From: an uncultured bacterium
GTDB lineage: Bacteria; CSSED10-310; CAZUFC01
Direction of reading: 5' to 3'
DNA length: 24,311 bases
Assembly: GCA_964619725.1 (NCBI GenBank)
Contig: CAZUFC010000121.1
Location: 1-24,311 of the forward strand
This document shows, in pieces, positions 1 to 8,820 of this stretch. The number at the start of each line of letters is the position of its first letter. The first letter of the stretch is position 1. The notes under the pieces were generated by a model. The model was not told the origin of the DNA, searched no databases, and saw only the letters and a list, made by a program, of their open reading frames with translations. A program made the translations under genes and the position numbers.

Positions 1-3000
1 TTGACGCTTTCGCCGACCTTGAGCCCGACCCACAGTCCGACTGAAACGCCGACGCTATCCCCGACGTTGACGCTTTCGCCGACCTCAAGCCCGACCTACA
101 GTCCGACTGAAACGCCGACGCAGTCCCCGACGGTGACGCTTTCGCCGACCTTGAGTCCGACCGATACTCCAACGGAAACGCCGACTCTGTCTCCGACGGT
201 AACGCTTTCCCCGACCTTGAGTCCGACCGACACTCCCACGGAAACGCCCACTCTGAGTCCGACTTATACGCCGAGTGAAACGCCGACTGACACTCCCACA
301 CAGACGCCGACTTTATCTCCGACCGTTACGTTATCTCCAACCAACAGTCCGACTTCAACTCCGACCTTGACTCCCACAGTGACTCTTTCGCCCACTTTGA
401 GCGCCACACCCACTGTAACGCTTACTCCAACCATAACGCCGACGCCGACCCGTTCGCCCACGGTTCCCAGCACTTTTACGCCCACGCCTACGCCGATGGG
501 GACGAAAACCCCTACGCCGACGTTTACGGCCACTTCCACCCCTGCTCCCGACATTGTGGTCAGGAGTCAGGATATCCAGTTTGATCCTTCTTATCCCGCA
601 GAAAATGGAATGATTACTATCTATGGAACGGTCCATAATTGGGGAGATGATGTAACTGGAAGCTTTACGCTTCAATTTTTTGCCGATTCAGGCTTTGGTC
701 CGATTCAGATAGGAGGCGATACTATCGTCGATCCTTTGGCGCCGGGGGATTCGCTTACATTTTCCGAATCCTGGATAGCCACTTGCGGTACCGCCGTTTC
801 AATCGAAGCGGACGTATTCGACGAGGTGGCTGAATATTCGGAAACGAATAACAGCGGGGTCAGAAACATTCCGATTATTTATTGCGCCGATTCTGTTTCA
901 TTAAGCATGACGCCGGCAGAGGAGACCGTTTCCATCGGTGAAGAGACGGAATTCACCATTACGGTTGAGAACGGTAATCTTGGTCCTGACACGTTCGATC
1001 TTTCGCTGAGCGGGACTTTACATGCATCCTGGTATGAATTTAATGAGAATCCTCTGACTTTGACGGCAGGCGAAATCGGTGAATCGATTTTAACGGTAAC
1101 CGTACCTGACGATTGCGGAAACATCGGAATTTATCCTTTTGAAGCGGTCTGTGCTTCGCAGCAGATGACGGAATTTTATGAAAGTCCCGGTATACTGGAG
1201 GCGACGGGGGCGGTTGAAATAAGTCTGCGCAATCCCGGAAACGGCAGCAAGTCGGGCAGTCGCGACGTGACTTTAAGCTGGCATACTTCCGTGGAGTCCG
1301 ATTCGACTCTGTATTATCGTGAAACAGGAGCCGGCGATTGGACGGAAGCGATCGTCGGGTTGGGACAAACGCAGCATCAGTTTGAACTGGAAGAGTTGAC
1401 TCGAAACGCCGCTTATCAATGGTACGTGGAAATCGATTCTTTGTGCGGTTCAACGACTTCGAGCATCTGGACATTTACGGTCGGGAACGGAGTGGTTTTC
1501 GATCAGAATTCCTATCTGTTCAATGTTGAGAGGGATTATGATCAGCGGAGACAGGTTTCGGTTTACAATGAAGATGTGGTGAGCCATGAAGTAGAGCTTC
1601 ACATCGAGAATCCCAACGATGATATTATAGTGAACTTTGTAGGACCGGGAAGCGAGGATGAAACGGTTATTCTCGCCGGCGGTGAGACGGCCGATATAGA
1701 GCTGGCGATACACGCTCAGGACGTTGAGGGCGACGGAGAGTCCAAGCCTGTGGAGATATGTTTCGACAATATAGTATTGACGTTGACTGCGGACGAAGAG
1801 GATGACCCGATTACGGACAGCGCTCCGGCCGTCATTTGCGTGCAATGGCCCGACATAGATTTTGCGATAACTGAAGAATACTCGGACCCCGTTTCGCTGG
1901 TAAAGACCTGTCGAGCGACCAATTCAGGCGATCTGCTGACCGATATGACGGTGACGTCTGAAGGCGGATTGGCTGGACGAACCTTGTTCGTGCCTAAAGT
2001 GGGGCATATGAAGCTGGAAAACGGAGAACACATTGATTTTTATGTCGAACCGCTCTTCCGGCCCGGCGATTCCACTCTTTCCGGCGAGGTGTGCGGGGAG
2101 GCTGCGGGGGTGCAGGAATGTCTGCCGCTGGTTTTCGATTGCGTGGCTCCCCGGGATATCTATGAAGTCGTGGTGGCTGAACCGGAACTATGTTACAGCA
2201 TGGCGGGATGGTTTTGCACGAACAGGCCGAGGATATCGATGCATTTCGACGTCTCGCTTGAGATGGAGGAAGTGGTTACCGCCGCGATATACACGGAGTT
2301 CCGTCCGCGGTCCAACGCTCGTCCCCATTTCGTGGATTTATTCATCAACGGGCATTTAATCGGCGAACTAAACGACATTATTCCCGACGGAGTGTACGGA
2401 TTCGCTTTTGATCCGGCCTATTTGAACATAGCGCCCGGAGGCTCGGCTTCCAATACCTTCTCCATCCGGACGCGGCACTTCAACGGCGGTCATTACATCG
2501 TGTCCACCAATTCTCTGGCCGTTCTGACGATGGAAGCGACCACTCTTTACGTCTGCGCCGACGACCAGGACCAGGCCGACGACATAGCCGAATCGCTGCC
2601 TCATTTCTGCCAGGGTTACACCTTCGATCTCGATCCGAGAATACAAACCGTTGAAATGCTGAACTCTGACGAAGAGCCGACTGATGTATTCTATCCCGGC
2701 GAAATTGCAAAGATAAGAGTCAGGACCGAGAACCCTCATCCCTTCTACAGCATCAACACGACGTATACTCTGAAGATAGACACGGACGGAGATACGGGAA
2801 CGGCGGAATACGACAGCCATATTGCGGATGAAGACTGGATAACGACACTGGAGCACAATGCGGACATTTACAACACGTGGGATTGGACCGTCCCCGGCGG
2901 TTCGCCTGAGATACAATTGACCGTGGAGGCGCATGAAACGGCCGATTATGCCAATTGCTACGATTGCCCCGGATGGAACTGGGATTTCCACGTAGGCGGC

Positions 3001-3603
3001 GGAATAACGGGATACGTCAGGGAAGCGAACAATCTGCAGCCAATCGAAGGCGCTACAGTGACGGCTTCGGGAGGTTACTCCGATCCGGACGGCAGCGACG
3101 CAACGGGCTATTACGAGATCAGACGCCTTCCCAACGGCGTTTATAACGTTACCGCCGGCGCACAGGGTTTCATGCCTCAAACATTGCATGACCTGAACGT
3201 ACAAAGCGACATACTGGTCAACCAGGATTTCGAACTGCTGACTCCAACCATTACGCCTACGCCCACTATAACGAATACGCCTACAATAACGAATACTCCA
3301 ACCGTCACGCAAACTCCAACACTGTCGCCGACTTCCACCATCAGTCCTACTCCTACTCTATCCTCAACCCCAACTGTTTCTCCTACCCCCACGCTGTCTC
3401 CTTCTATGACTCCGACTATCTCGCCGTCCCCCTCATCAACGTTCTCCCCGACCGCCCCACCGCCGACAAATACTCCTACTGTTACGCCGACACCAGAGCT
3501 TCCTCCGATTCCATCTATGAAGAATTTCGGCATCCTGCTTACGCTCGCTCTTATGGGTTTAGCTTTGTTCATTACAAGAGTCAAAGCGCTCGGAAAGAGG
3601 TAA
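1..3603 (+). CDS. Large multidomain cell-surface protein, 5'-truncated by the window: Pro/Thr/Ser linker, CARDB, Ig/FN3-like domains, unassigned central region, carboxypeptidase-regulatory-like domain, second Pro/Thr linker, IPTL-CTERM-like anchor
   Basis: Frame open from base 1 to TAA at 3601-3603. CARDB-like PDIVV...TVHNWG...DEVAEYSETNN (~547-860); FN3-like VTLSWHT...LTRNAAYQWYV; CarboxypepD_reg-like GGITGYVREANNLQPIEGATV...TGYYEI...GVYNVTAGAQGF; C-terminus IPSMKNFG, hydrophobic helix, then RVKALGKR. Confidence 0.85.
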   Translation: MTLSPTLSPTHSPTETPTLSPTLTLSPTSSPTYSPTETPTQSPTVTLSPTLSPTDTPTETPTLSPTVTLSPTLSPTDTPTETPTLSPTYTPSETPTDTPTQTPTLSPTVTLSPTNSPTSTPTLTPTVTLSPTLSATPTVTLTPTITPTPTRSPTVPSTFTPTPTPMGTKTPTPTFTATSTPAPDIVVRSQDIQFDPSYPAENGMITIYGTVHNWGDDVTGSFTLQFFADSGFGPIQIGGDTIVDPLAPGDSLTFSESWIATCGTAVSIEADVFDEVAEYSETNNSGVRNIPIIYCADSVSLSMTPAEETVSIGEETEFTITVENGNLGPDTFDLSLSGTLHASWYEFNENPLTLTAGEIGESILTVTVPDDCGNIGIYPFEAVCASQQMTEFYESPGILEATGAVEISLRNPGNGSKSGSRDVTLSWHTSVESDSTLYYRETGAGDWTEAIVGLGQTQHQFELEELTRNAAYQWYVEIDSLCGSTTSSIWTFTVGNGVVFDQNSYLFNVERDYDQRRQVSVYNEDVVSHEVELHIENPNDDIIVNFVGPGSEDETVILAGGETADIELAIHAQDVEGDGESKPVEICFDNIVLTLTADEEDDPITDSAPAVICVQWPDIDFAITEEYSDPVSLVKTCRATNSGDLLTDMTVTSEGGLAGRTLFVPKVGHMKLENGEHIDFYVEPLFRPGDSTLSGEVCGEAAGVQECLPLVFDCVAPRDIYEVVVAEPELCYSMAGWFCTNRPRISMHFDVSLEMEEVVTAAIYTEFRPRSNARPHFVDLFINGHLIGELNDIIPDGVYGFAFDPAYLNIAPGGSASNTFSIRTRHFNGGHYIVSTNSLAVLTMEATTLYVCADDQDQADDIAESLPHFCQGYTFDLDPRIQTVEMLNSDEEPTDVFYPGEIAKIRVRTENPHPFYSINTTYTLKIDTDGDTGTAEYDSHIADEDWITTLEHNADIYNTWDWTVPGGSPEIQLTVEAHETADYANCYDCPGWNWDFHVGGGITGYVREANNLQPIEGATVTASGGYSDPDGSDATGYYEIRRLPNGVYNVTAGAQGFMPQTLHDLNVQSDILVNQDFELLTPTITPTPTITNTPTITNTPTVTQTPTLSPTSTISPTPTLSSTPTVSPTPTLSPSMTPTISPSPSSTFSPTAPPPTNTPTVTPTPELPPIPSMKNFGILLTLALMGLALFITRVKALGKR
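4..267 (+). repeat. Intragenic 66-nt (22-aa) tandem repeat, four copies, decaying into a Pro/Thr low-complexity linker to ~545
   Basis: Units start ACGCTTTC(G/C)CCGACC at 4, 70, 136 and 202 and encode TLSPTxSPTxxPTETPTxSPTx. Confidence 0.85.
3241..3495 (+). repeat. Second Pro/Thr/Ser low-complexity linker (6-aa periodicity) before the C-terminal anchor
   Basis: TPTITP TPTITN TPTITN TPTVTQ TPTLSP... in the translation. Confidence 0.8.
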
Positions 3604-3618
3604 GCATAGGATTCCGCT

Positions 3619-4245
3619 ATGGGACTCGTCCGAATAAACGATAAAATTGAACAGTGCCTGACTATTTCAAGAAGAGTCGATAAATCGGAAAGGACCGGGG
3701 TTGCGGTGCATCGCATAACAACGGAGCATTTGCATGATCCGAGATGGCCTCCGGATGCGGAGGGTATAGCGAGGTTTTTCAGAGAACATGCCGACGTCAG
3801 GAACGTTATAGGTCGCATGCCTTATAATGTCATCGTATTACCGGACGGATCGATTGAACAGGCTTTGCCCCTGTTGGAAAGCGGTCCCCATGCGCGTGCC
3901 TGGAACAGGAAAATGATTGCTGTCGCCGTATCGGGTGATTTTTCCGGGAACCCGGTACCAGGAATAAGCCCCGGGCCTCCGACGGTCGCCGCCTATCAAT
4001 CTTTGACGGCGTTATGCGGAATACTTATCTGGTGGCTGAACGCGACGCCGGATGAAAACCTCAAAGGGCATGACGAATTGCCTGAAGGTTCTTCTGATCC
4101 TGATAAGGAATGTCCCGGAGAGTATTTATCCATGGACGATTTAAGAGCTGACGTGGAGGAATGGATCGACTCGAATCTTGATGTTTCTGCTGATGCCGTA
4201 CAACGTGACCGGTTCTTGAGCGGCATACCCATAATAATTACATAA
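3619..4245 (+). CDS. N-acetylmuramoyl-L-alanine amidase, Amidase_2 / T7 lysozyme / PGRP-like
   Basis: Motifs VAVH, PYNVIVLPDGSIEQ, GPHARAWN..MIAVAVSGDF, KGHDEL and KECPG give the His/His/Cys Zn ligands and the Tyr. AGGA lies just upstream of the ATG. No signal peptide seen. Confidence 0.85.
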   Translation: MGLVRINDKIEQCLTISRRVDKSERTGVAVHRITTEHLHDPRWPPDAEGIARFFREHADVRNVIGRMPYNVIVLPDGSIEQALPLLESGPHARAWNRKMIAVAVSGDFSGNPVPGISPGPPTVAAYQSLTALCGILIWWLNATPDENLKGHDELPEGSSDPDKECPGEYLSMDDLRADVEEWIDSNLDVSADAVQRDRFLSGIPIIIT

Positions 4246-4275
4246 CCGTCACCGACATCAATTCTGTCATTATGA

Positions 4276-4431
4276 GGGGACTGATCAAACTGGGGTTACA
4301 CTTCTTTGAAAACATTTGAAGTTTTATTTCAGTAATCGGTATCGGTATCAAGATCGGGGTCGAAATTGAAACAAAACGATCGGAAATTCTGTCGAGTTGT
4401 AACTTCAAAAGAAGCTTTTTTGATCAATGCC
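4276..4431 (+). repeat. Dispersed intergenic repeat family A, copy 1 (short subtype, MITE-like)
   Basis: Aligns to the reverse complement of 17286-17458 (54/64 ungapped matches at the left end by hand count). Its ends GGGACTGATCAAA and TTTGATCAATGCC form an 11/13 inverted repeat. Confidence 0.85.
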
Positions 4432-4549
4432 GTTTTGCCGGATGCCGGATACGAGGATAACGACTGGCGGTCAATGGCCTAGCTGAATGGAATATCTCGG
4501 CAAGCAGACCAACTGATACAATTCAGCAGTTCCGGGGTTATGGGCCGCC

Positions 4550-5452
4550 TTACATCTGCTTCGGCTTGAAGCCTTCCTTCTTGAGCAGGTTAATGATCCC
4601 TTCATCCCCAACCAGGTGCCCCGCACCGACGACCACGAAATAAGTCTCCTCTGTTTTCAGATATTCCTGGATTTTTTTCGTCATGCCGTAATTGCGGTCG
4701 ATAAAAAGAAATCGAAAAACAGGCAAAAGTTCGGGATACTCTTTCAGAGGTTCAGTAATCATGATTTCTTCCAGTCTTTTATGATCGCCCGTTTTCCAGG
4801 CTGCAATCATAGCGTTCATTTCCGCCTCAGCATCTTGAAGCGATATGATGGAATACTTCATGAAAGCGTTTTCATTAGGCGCCTCGAAAAAGAGTTTCAT
4901 CTGATCTTCCAGGGTTTCCAACTCAAGTATTTCCTTTTTTCCTTTGGCTTTTTGCAAAAAATGAAAATCCAGTCCTTCCTGCGGAGAATATCCTATTTTC
5001 ATCAAGTGTGTCAGGGTAAGTTGCATGGACAGAAGACCAGGTTTCATTTTGATCATTGATTCCAGAGGTAATTTATGTTTTTCCAGATATTCTTTCAGGA
5101 GCTTGTAAACTTCCTCGTTCAGATGAGGCTTTATCGTTTCGTCACCCTGGTAGTAACCTTTTTTCATGATTTGAGTCTGATATTTCATTTGATCCAATTC
5201 CAGCATATTCAGTTCAACGACCAGTTTATCGGATTTTTCAAAGGATTCCTCTATTATGGGCGATAAGGGATACATCTTGTTGTCGGCAAGATGAACCGAT
5301 CCGAACAGAAATACGCTTGCAGAATCGGATTTAACTTCCCACAGGAAATTTTCGGAGGTTTGATCCGCTGTTACGGCTAGACTGGTTGAGCTTATGGTCA
5401 GGAAAAACAGTACTGCCGGCAGACTCAATTTTAATAAAAGATTCCTATTCAT
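4550..5452 (-). CDS. TraB/GumN (TIKI superfamily) exported protein, putative metalloprotease
   Basis: Signal peptide ending SSTSLA; motifs FLWEV, FLFGSVHL, LVVEL, GLDFHF, LELETLEDQM, DRN and FVVVGAGHL. Confidence 0.9.
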   Translation of the reverse strand: MNRNLLLKLSLPAVLFFLTISSTSLAVTADQTSENFLWEVKSDSASVFLFGSVHLADNKMYPLSPIIEESFEKSDKLVVELNMLELDQMKYQTQIMKKGYYQGDETIKPHLNEEVYKLLKEYLEKHKLPLESMIKMKPGLLSMQLTLTHLMKIGYSPQEGLDFHFLQKAKGKKEILELETLEDQMKLFFEAPNENAFMKYSIISLQDAEAEMNAMIAAWKTGDHKRLEEIMITEPLKEYPELLPVFRFLFIDRNYGMTKKIQEYLKTEETYFVVVGAGHLVGDEGIINLLKKEGFKPKQM

Positions 5453-5659
5453 TGTGGCGCCTTGCTCCTTTCATGTTATTGAAGAAAAGCCTATCCTTCC
5501 GGTGACCCCAGGGATCGAGAAGCGAGAGAAAAGCATCGTTTTATCTTTTTTCCCGATTTAAAGGCTGGTTGCAATGATAATGAAAAAATTTTATGTTTTC
5601 AATTGTGTTTTAAGATGTATTGACTCATGATGCTGATTCGTCGGAAAAGAGGAGACAAA

Positions 5660-6703
5660 ATGGAAAAAACCAAATCAACGCTGAAAGAGATGGTGAAATT
5701 GCCTGGCATTCCGGGCAGAGAAGAGGCAGTAATAAAATATCTGATGAATTTTCCAATAGAAGCGGCTGAAAGGAAAACCGACATTTCGGGTAACACCTGG
5801 ATACGATGTAAAGGGGCTTCGGAAGCTTCGAGCATAATTCTGGCGGCTCACATGGATGAGGTCGGCTGCAGGGTAAAAAAAATCGAGGAGGATGGGCAAG
5901 TATCTGTTATCGGGCTGGAAAATCTGGATATGAGGACGATGGCGGGTCAGATATTTCAGGTAAGAACGGAAAAGGGCGTTTATGATGCTTATGTTTATGT
6001 GAATCAAAAGACTGTTCGGCCTGACAATTATAATGACCTTAAGGGGGATGATCTAAGGCTGGACCTGGGGCTGACGTCGAAAAAGGAAACCGAAAAACTG
6101 GGAATTCAGCCTAACGATCCGGTAACTTTCGGACCGGAGTACTATGAACTGCAGAACCACGTCGTTTGCGCCAAGGCATTCGACAACAGGTGCTCGCTTA
6201 CGGCTATGCTGAGAGGAGTTCAACTGTCAGAAGGAAAAAGAAAGTTGCGGCCGGTCATTCTGGGTACGGTTCAGGAGGAGATTGGAGGGCACGGAGCAAA
6301 AGCCGTCGAATTTGCGGAAAAACCTGGCGCTGTTCTGATATTTGATATTTGCGGAGCGGAAGTGTTCCGGCTTTCTGAAAAGGAGCGCCGGACCATTATG
6401 GGCAAAGGACCGATACTGCTCAATCATCCGGGGACGAACATGGGATTGTACAAGCGACTGAAGTATCTGGCGGCGAAAGATGATATCCCCGTACAGGAGG
6501 TGGGCTATTATTGGAGAGGCGCCGACCCCTCCATCTTTCAGCAGAAATGCGGCGGATTGGCGACCATGACGATCATCATTCCCATGGCTTATTATCACGC
6601 TCCGAAGGGATTAATCAGCGTCGTCGACGTTTATGAAACCGCCCGGCTCATCAGCGCAGCGCTGCAGGATGAGGATTTCGTCCGATCCGTAAGCGCTTTC
6701 TGA
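5660..6703 (+). CDS. M42 family metallopeptidase (TET/FrvX-like aminopeptidase)
   Basis: GIPGREE, AAHMDEVG, KAFDNR, QEEIG, IFDI and YYHAP supply the dinuclear metal ligands. AGGAG upstream of the ATG at 5660 favours this start over 5627. Confidence 0.9.
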   Translation: MEKTKSTLKEMVKLPGIPGREEAVIKYLMNFPIEAAERKTDISGNTWIRCKGASEASSIILAAHMDEVGCRVKKIEEDGQVSVIGLENLDMRTMAGQIFQVRTEKGVYDAYVYVNQKTVRPDNYNDLKGDDLRLDLGLTSKKETEKLGIQPNDPVTFGPEYYELQNHVVCAKAFDNRCSLTAMLRGVQLSEGKRKLRPVILGTVQEEIGGHGAKAVEFAEKPGAVLIFDICGAEVFRLSEKERRTIMGKGPILLNHPGTNMGLYKRLKYLAAKDDIPVQEVGYYWRGADPSIFQQKCGGLATMTIIIPMAYYHAPKGLISVVDVYETARLISAALQDEDFVRSVSAF

Positions 6704-6820
6704 ACGGCATTTCTTATGAAACCGTCTGACAACTCACGATAATAAAGCATTTGCTTATGAGTTAAAAAAACGTTAAAAAGAAAAATAGCAGATATTGACT
6801 GAATGAAAGGAGTAGGGAGC

Positions 6821-8437
6821 ATGAAAAGAGCAACAATTTTTTTGATTTTGAGTTTTTGTCTTGTTTCGACATCATTAGCCGTTCCGGGAGCCATCAATTA
6901 TCAGGGAAAAATTGAAGTCGACGGCGAATTGTTTGACGGGCAGGGATTTTTCAGATTCGCCGTTGTCGACGGAGAAGAAAATTTTTTGTGGTCGAACGAC
7001 GGGATTTATCCTCCTGTCACGGATGTCGCCTCTGAAGTAACCAACGGGCTTTACAGCATCGTTCTGGGCCAAACGGATGGAATGGAGCCTATTCCTTTCA
7101 GCGTCTTCGAAACGGATGAGCTTTATTTAAGAATATGGTTCAGCGACGGTATTGAGCACGGCATGCAGCTTTTGAGTCCTGACAAGCCGATAACGAGCGT
7201 CGGTTTTGCTTTGAAGACGCAGGATGCCGAAGACGTTTATGATAACGATATTCATCCCCGGAGCGTAAGTATTTCATCTTACGGAACTGTAATAGACGAA
7301 ACCGGACAATGGGTGGGAGACCCCGCAGGATTGATAGGACCGACGGGCCCTCAGGGCGACACAGGTATGATGGGTCCGACAGGTCCGCAGGGAGCGACAG
7401 GATTGTCCGGCCCTCAGGGCGACACAGGTATGATGGGTCCGACAGGTCCTCAGGGAGCGACGGGACTTACCGGTCCTCAAGGCGACACAGGTGTGATGGG
7501 TCCGACAGGTCCGCAAGGGGCAACGGGACTTACCGGTCCTCAAGGCGACACAGGTGTGATGGGTCCGACAGGTCCGCAAGGGGCAACGGGACTTACCGGT
7601 CCTCAAGGCGATACGGGTCCGATGGGACCGACGGGTCCGCAAGGAGCCACGGGACTCACTGGTCCCCAGGGCGATACCGGTCCGATGGGGCCGCAGGGAA
7701 ATACTGGTCCAATGGGTCCGACAGGGGCTCAAGGACCGACGGGGCCTGTAGCCGGTTCAAACATGCAAATGATCTATAATGACCAGGGAAATGCCGGCGG
7801 CGCCGAAGTTTACTACAACAATTCAAACGAGAATCTGGGCGTGGGAACTTCCGGTCCTTCAGAAAAACTCGAAGTTAATGGAAATATTAAGCTCAGCGGC
7901 GGATCACCCTCGTACCGAATAAAAAATCTGGCCGATCCGGCTTCCGATAATGACGCGGCTACGAAGAACTATGTCGACACCGCCGATCGCATTACCCTCC
8001 TGCATAACAGCCTTATGTCGCCGTACGTCGGACAATCCTGGCAACTTATCAGAACCGTCGAAGTAACTCCTTCAGCATCAAGCGACATTTTCGACGTTTA
8101 CGCCAAAATATGGATGTCCAACGCAAGCAGCGTAGAAATTAAACTTAACCTGGAATTTGAAGGCGGAAACACTTACGATACCGCAACGGTCGTAGGCAAT
8201 AAATCCGGCAGCGACAATGAACTAATATTCCGGGGACAGATCATGCGCATGGACGGCATCAATCCGGGAAATGTGACTTATTTTATAGAAGTCCTCGATT
8301 TCGATACGGACCCCGCAGATGCCAGGGGCAGACATTTCAATCAGAATCTTGCTAATTTGCGCAAGATACACTGGTATCTTAAATCCGGACCCAACAGCGT
8401 TCAACCCGGACGCTTCGTGGTCAAGCAATGGAGATAG
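6821..8437 (+). CDS. Secreted collagen-like protein with tail-fibre/adhesin-like motifs
   Basis: AGGAG/GGGAG upstream of ATG 6821; signal peptide ending STSLA, followed by VPGAINYQG; 47 contiguous Gly-X-Y triplets; then [19 protein letters not shown] and [21 protein letters not shown]. Confidence 0.88.
   Translation: MKRATIFLILSFCLVSTSLAVPGAINYQGKIEVDGELFDGQGFFRFAVVDGEENFLWSNDGIYPPVTDVASEVTNGLYSIVLGQTDGMEPIPFSVFETDELYLRIWFSDGIEHGMQLLSPDKPITSVGFALKTQDAEDVYDNDIHPRSVSISSYGTVIDETGQWVGDPAGLIGPTGPQGDTGMMGPTGPQGATGLSGPQGDTGMMGPTGPQGATGLTGPQGDTGVMGPTGPQGATGLTGPQGDTGVMGPTGPQGATGLTGPQGDTGPMGPTGPQGATGLTGPQGDTGPMGPQGNTGPMGPTGAQGPTGPVAGSNMQMIYNDQGNAGGAEVYYNNSNENLGVGTSGPSEKLEVNGNIKLSGGSPSYRIKNLADPASDNDAATKNYVDTADRITLLHNSLMSPYVGQSWQLIRTVEVTPSASSDIFDVYAKIWMSNASSVEIKLNLEFEGGNTYDTATVVGNKSGSDNELIFRGQIMRMDGINPGNVTYFIEVLDFDTDPADARGRHFNQNLANLRKIHWYLKSGPNSVQPGRFVVKQWR
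7328..7750 (+). repeat. Collagen Gly-X-Y tract containing five 63-nt (21-aa) tandem units starting at 7346
   Basis: GPQGDTG(M/V/P)[12 protein letters not shown](S/T) five times, plus partial units. Confidence 0.92.
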
Positions 8438-8448
8438 ACGAAGAGATG

Positions 8449-8504
8449 CTGAACTCCCGTTATGTCGAGCTCGACAAAACGGGAGTTCAGAATTTCGTTT
8501 TTTT
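8449..8504 (+). terminator. 42-bp near-perfect palindrome followed by a T-tract; probable intrinsic terminator of the collagen-like gene
   Basis: CTGAACTCCCGTT-A-TGTCGAG|CTCGACA-A-AACGGGAGTTCAG (8449-8490) begins 11 nt after the stop; T7 at 8498-8504. Confidence 0.65.
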
Positions 8505-8711
8505 CAGCCGCAAAATTACGAATCGCTGTCGTTGATTCAGGGACAGAATATTCGAGATATCCAAAGATTATAAGCAGCGGTGTCTCCGTAAATTTGAAGC
8601 CAGTTTTTTTCAACTGGCCCGAAAAACAGATCAGGCGATATTGCGAGACGAATCCGCTGATGCTTGCAGGCAGATAATTCAGCCCCTGGCAAGGGATGAT
8701 TCTTACAAAGC

Positions 8712-8727
8712 CGGCACGGACTTTGCT
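8712..8727 (+). promoter_or_regulatory. Putative sigma54 (-24/-12) promoter
   Basis: CGGCACGGACTTTGCT against consensus TGGCACG-N4-TTGCW: one mismatch, exact GG-N10-GC spacing, ~95 nt upstream of ATG 8821. Confidence 0.6.
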
Positions 8728-8789
8728 CTATTTGGGTCGGAGGAGCAGGTTAGCAGAGGAATTAATGATTACTTTTTAAAATTATTTTA

Positions 8790-8798
8790 TGCTATAAT
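8790..8798 (+). promoter_or_regulatory. Putative extended -10 sigma70 promoter element
   Basis: TGCTATAAT (TGn-TATAAT) in AT-rich DNA, just upstream of the AGAGGTG ribosome-binding site. Confidence 0.45.
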
Positions 8799-8820
8799 TG
8801 AAAAAAGAGGTGATGAAAAG

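Noticed and set aside
1-545. Regular 66-nt repeats as a possible CRISPR array
   Set aside because: They are in-frame coding tandem repeats with no unique spacers, and no cas genes are present.
264-3818. Minus-strand ORFs such as 264-554, 2368-3312 and 3177-3818
   Set aside because: They are antisense shadows of the surface-protein gene; the VGV-rich stretches are the reverse reading of the Pro/Thr repeats.
4466-4549. Hairpin as SRP (4.5S) or 6S RNA
   Set aside because: It lacks the SRP CAGG...GRAA...AGCA helix arrangement and is too short for 6S. Kept only as an unassigned hairpin.
7274-7779. Repetitive Arg-rich ORFs in other frames over the collagen tract
   Set aside because: These are alternative-frame artefacts of the 63-nt repeat.
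8641-8820. TTG-initiated 60-aa N-terminal extension of the propeller gene
   Set aside because: The region contains promoter motifs; the ribosome-binding site and signal peptide fit ATG 8821.
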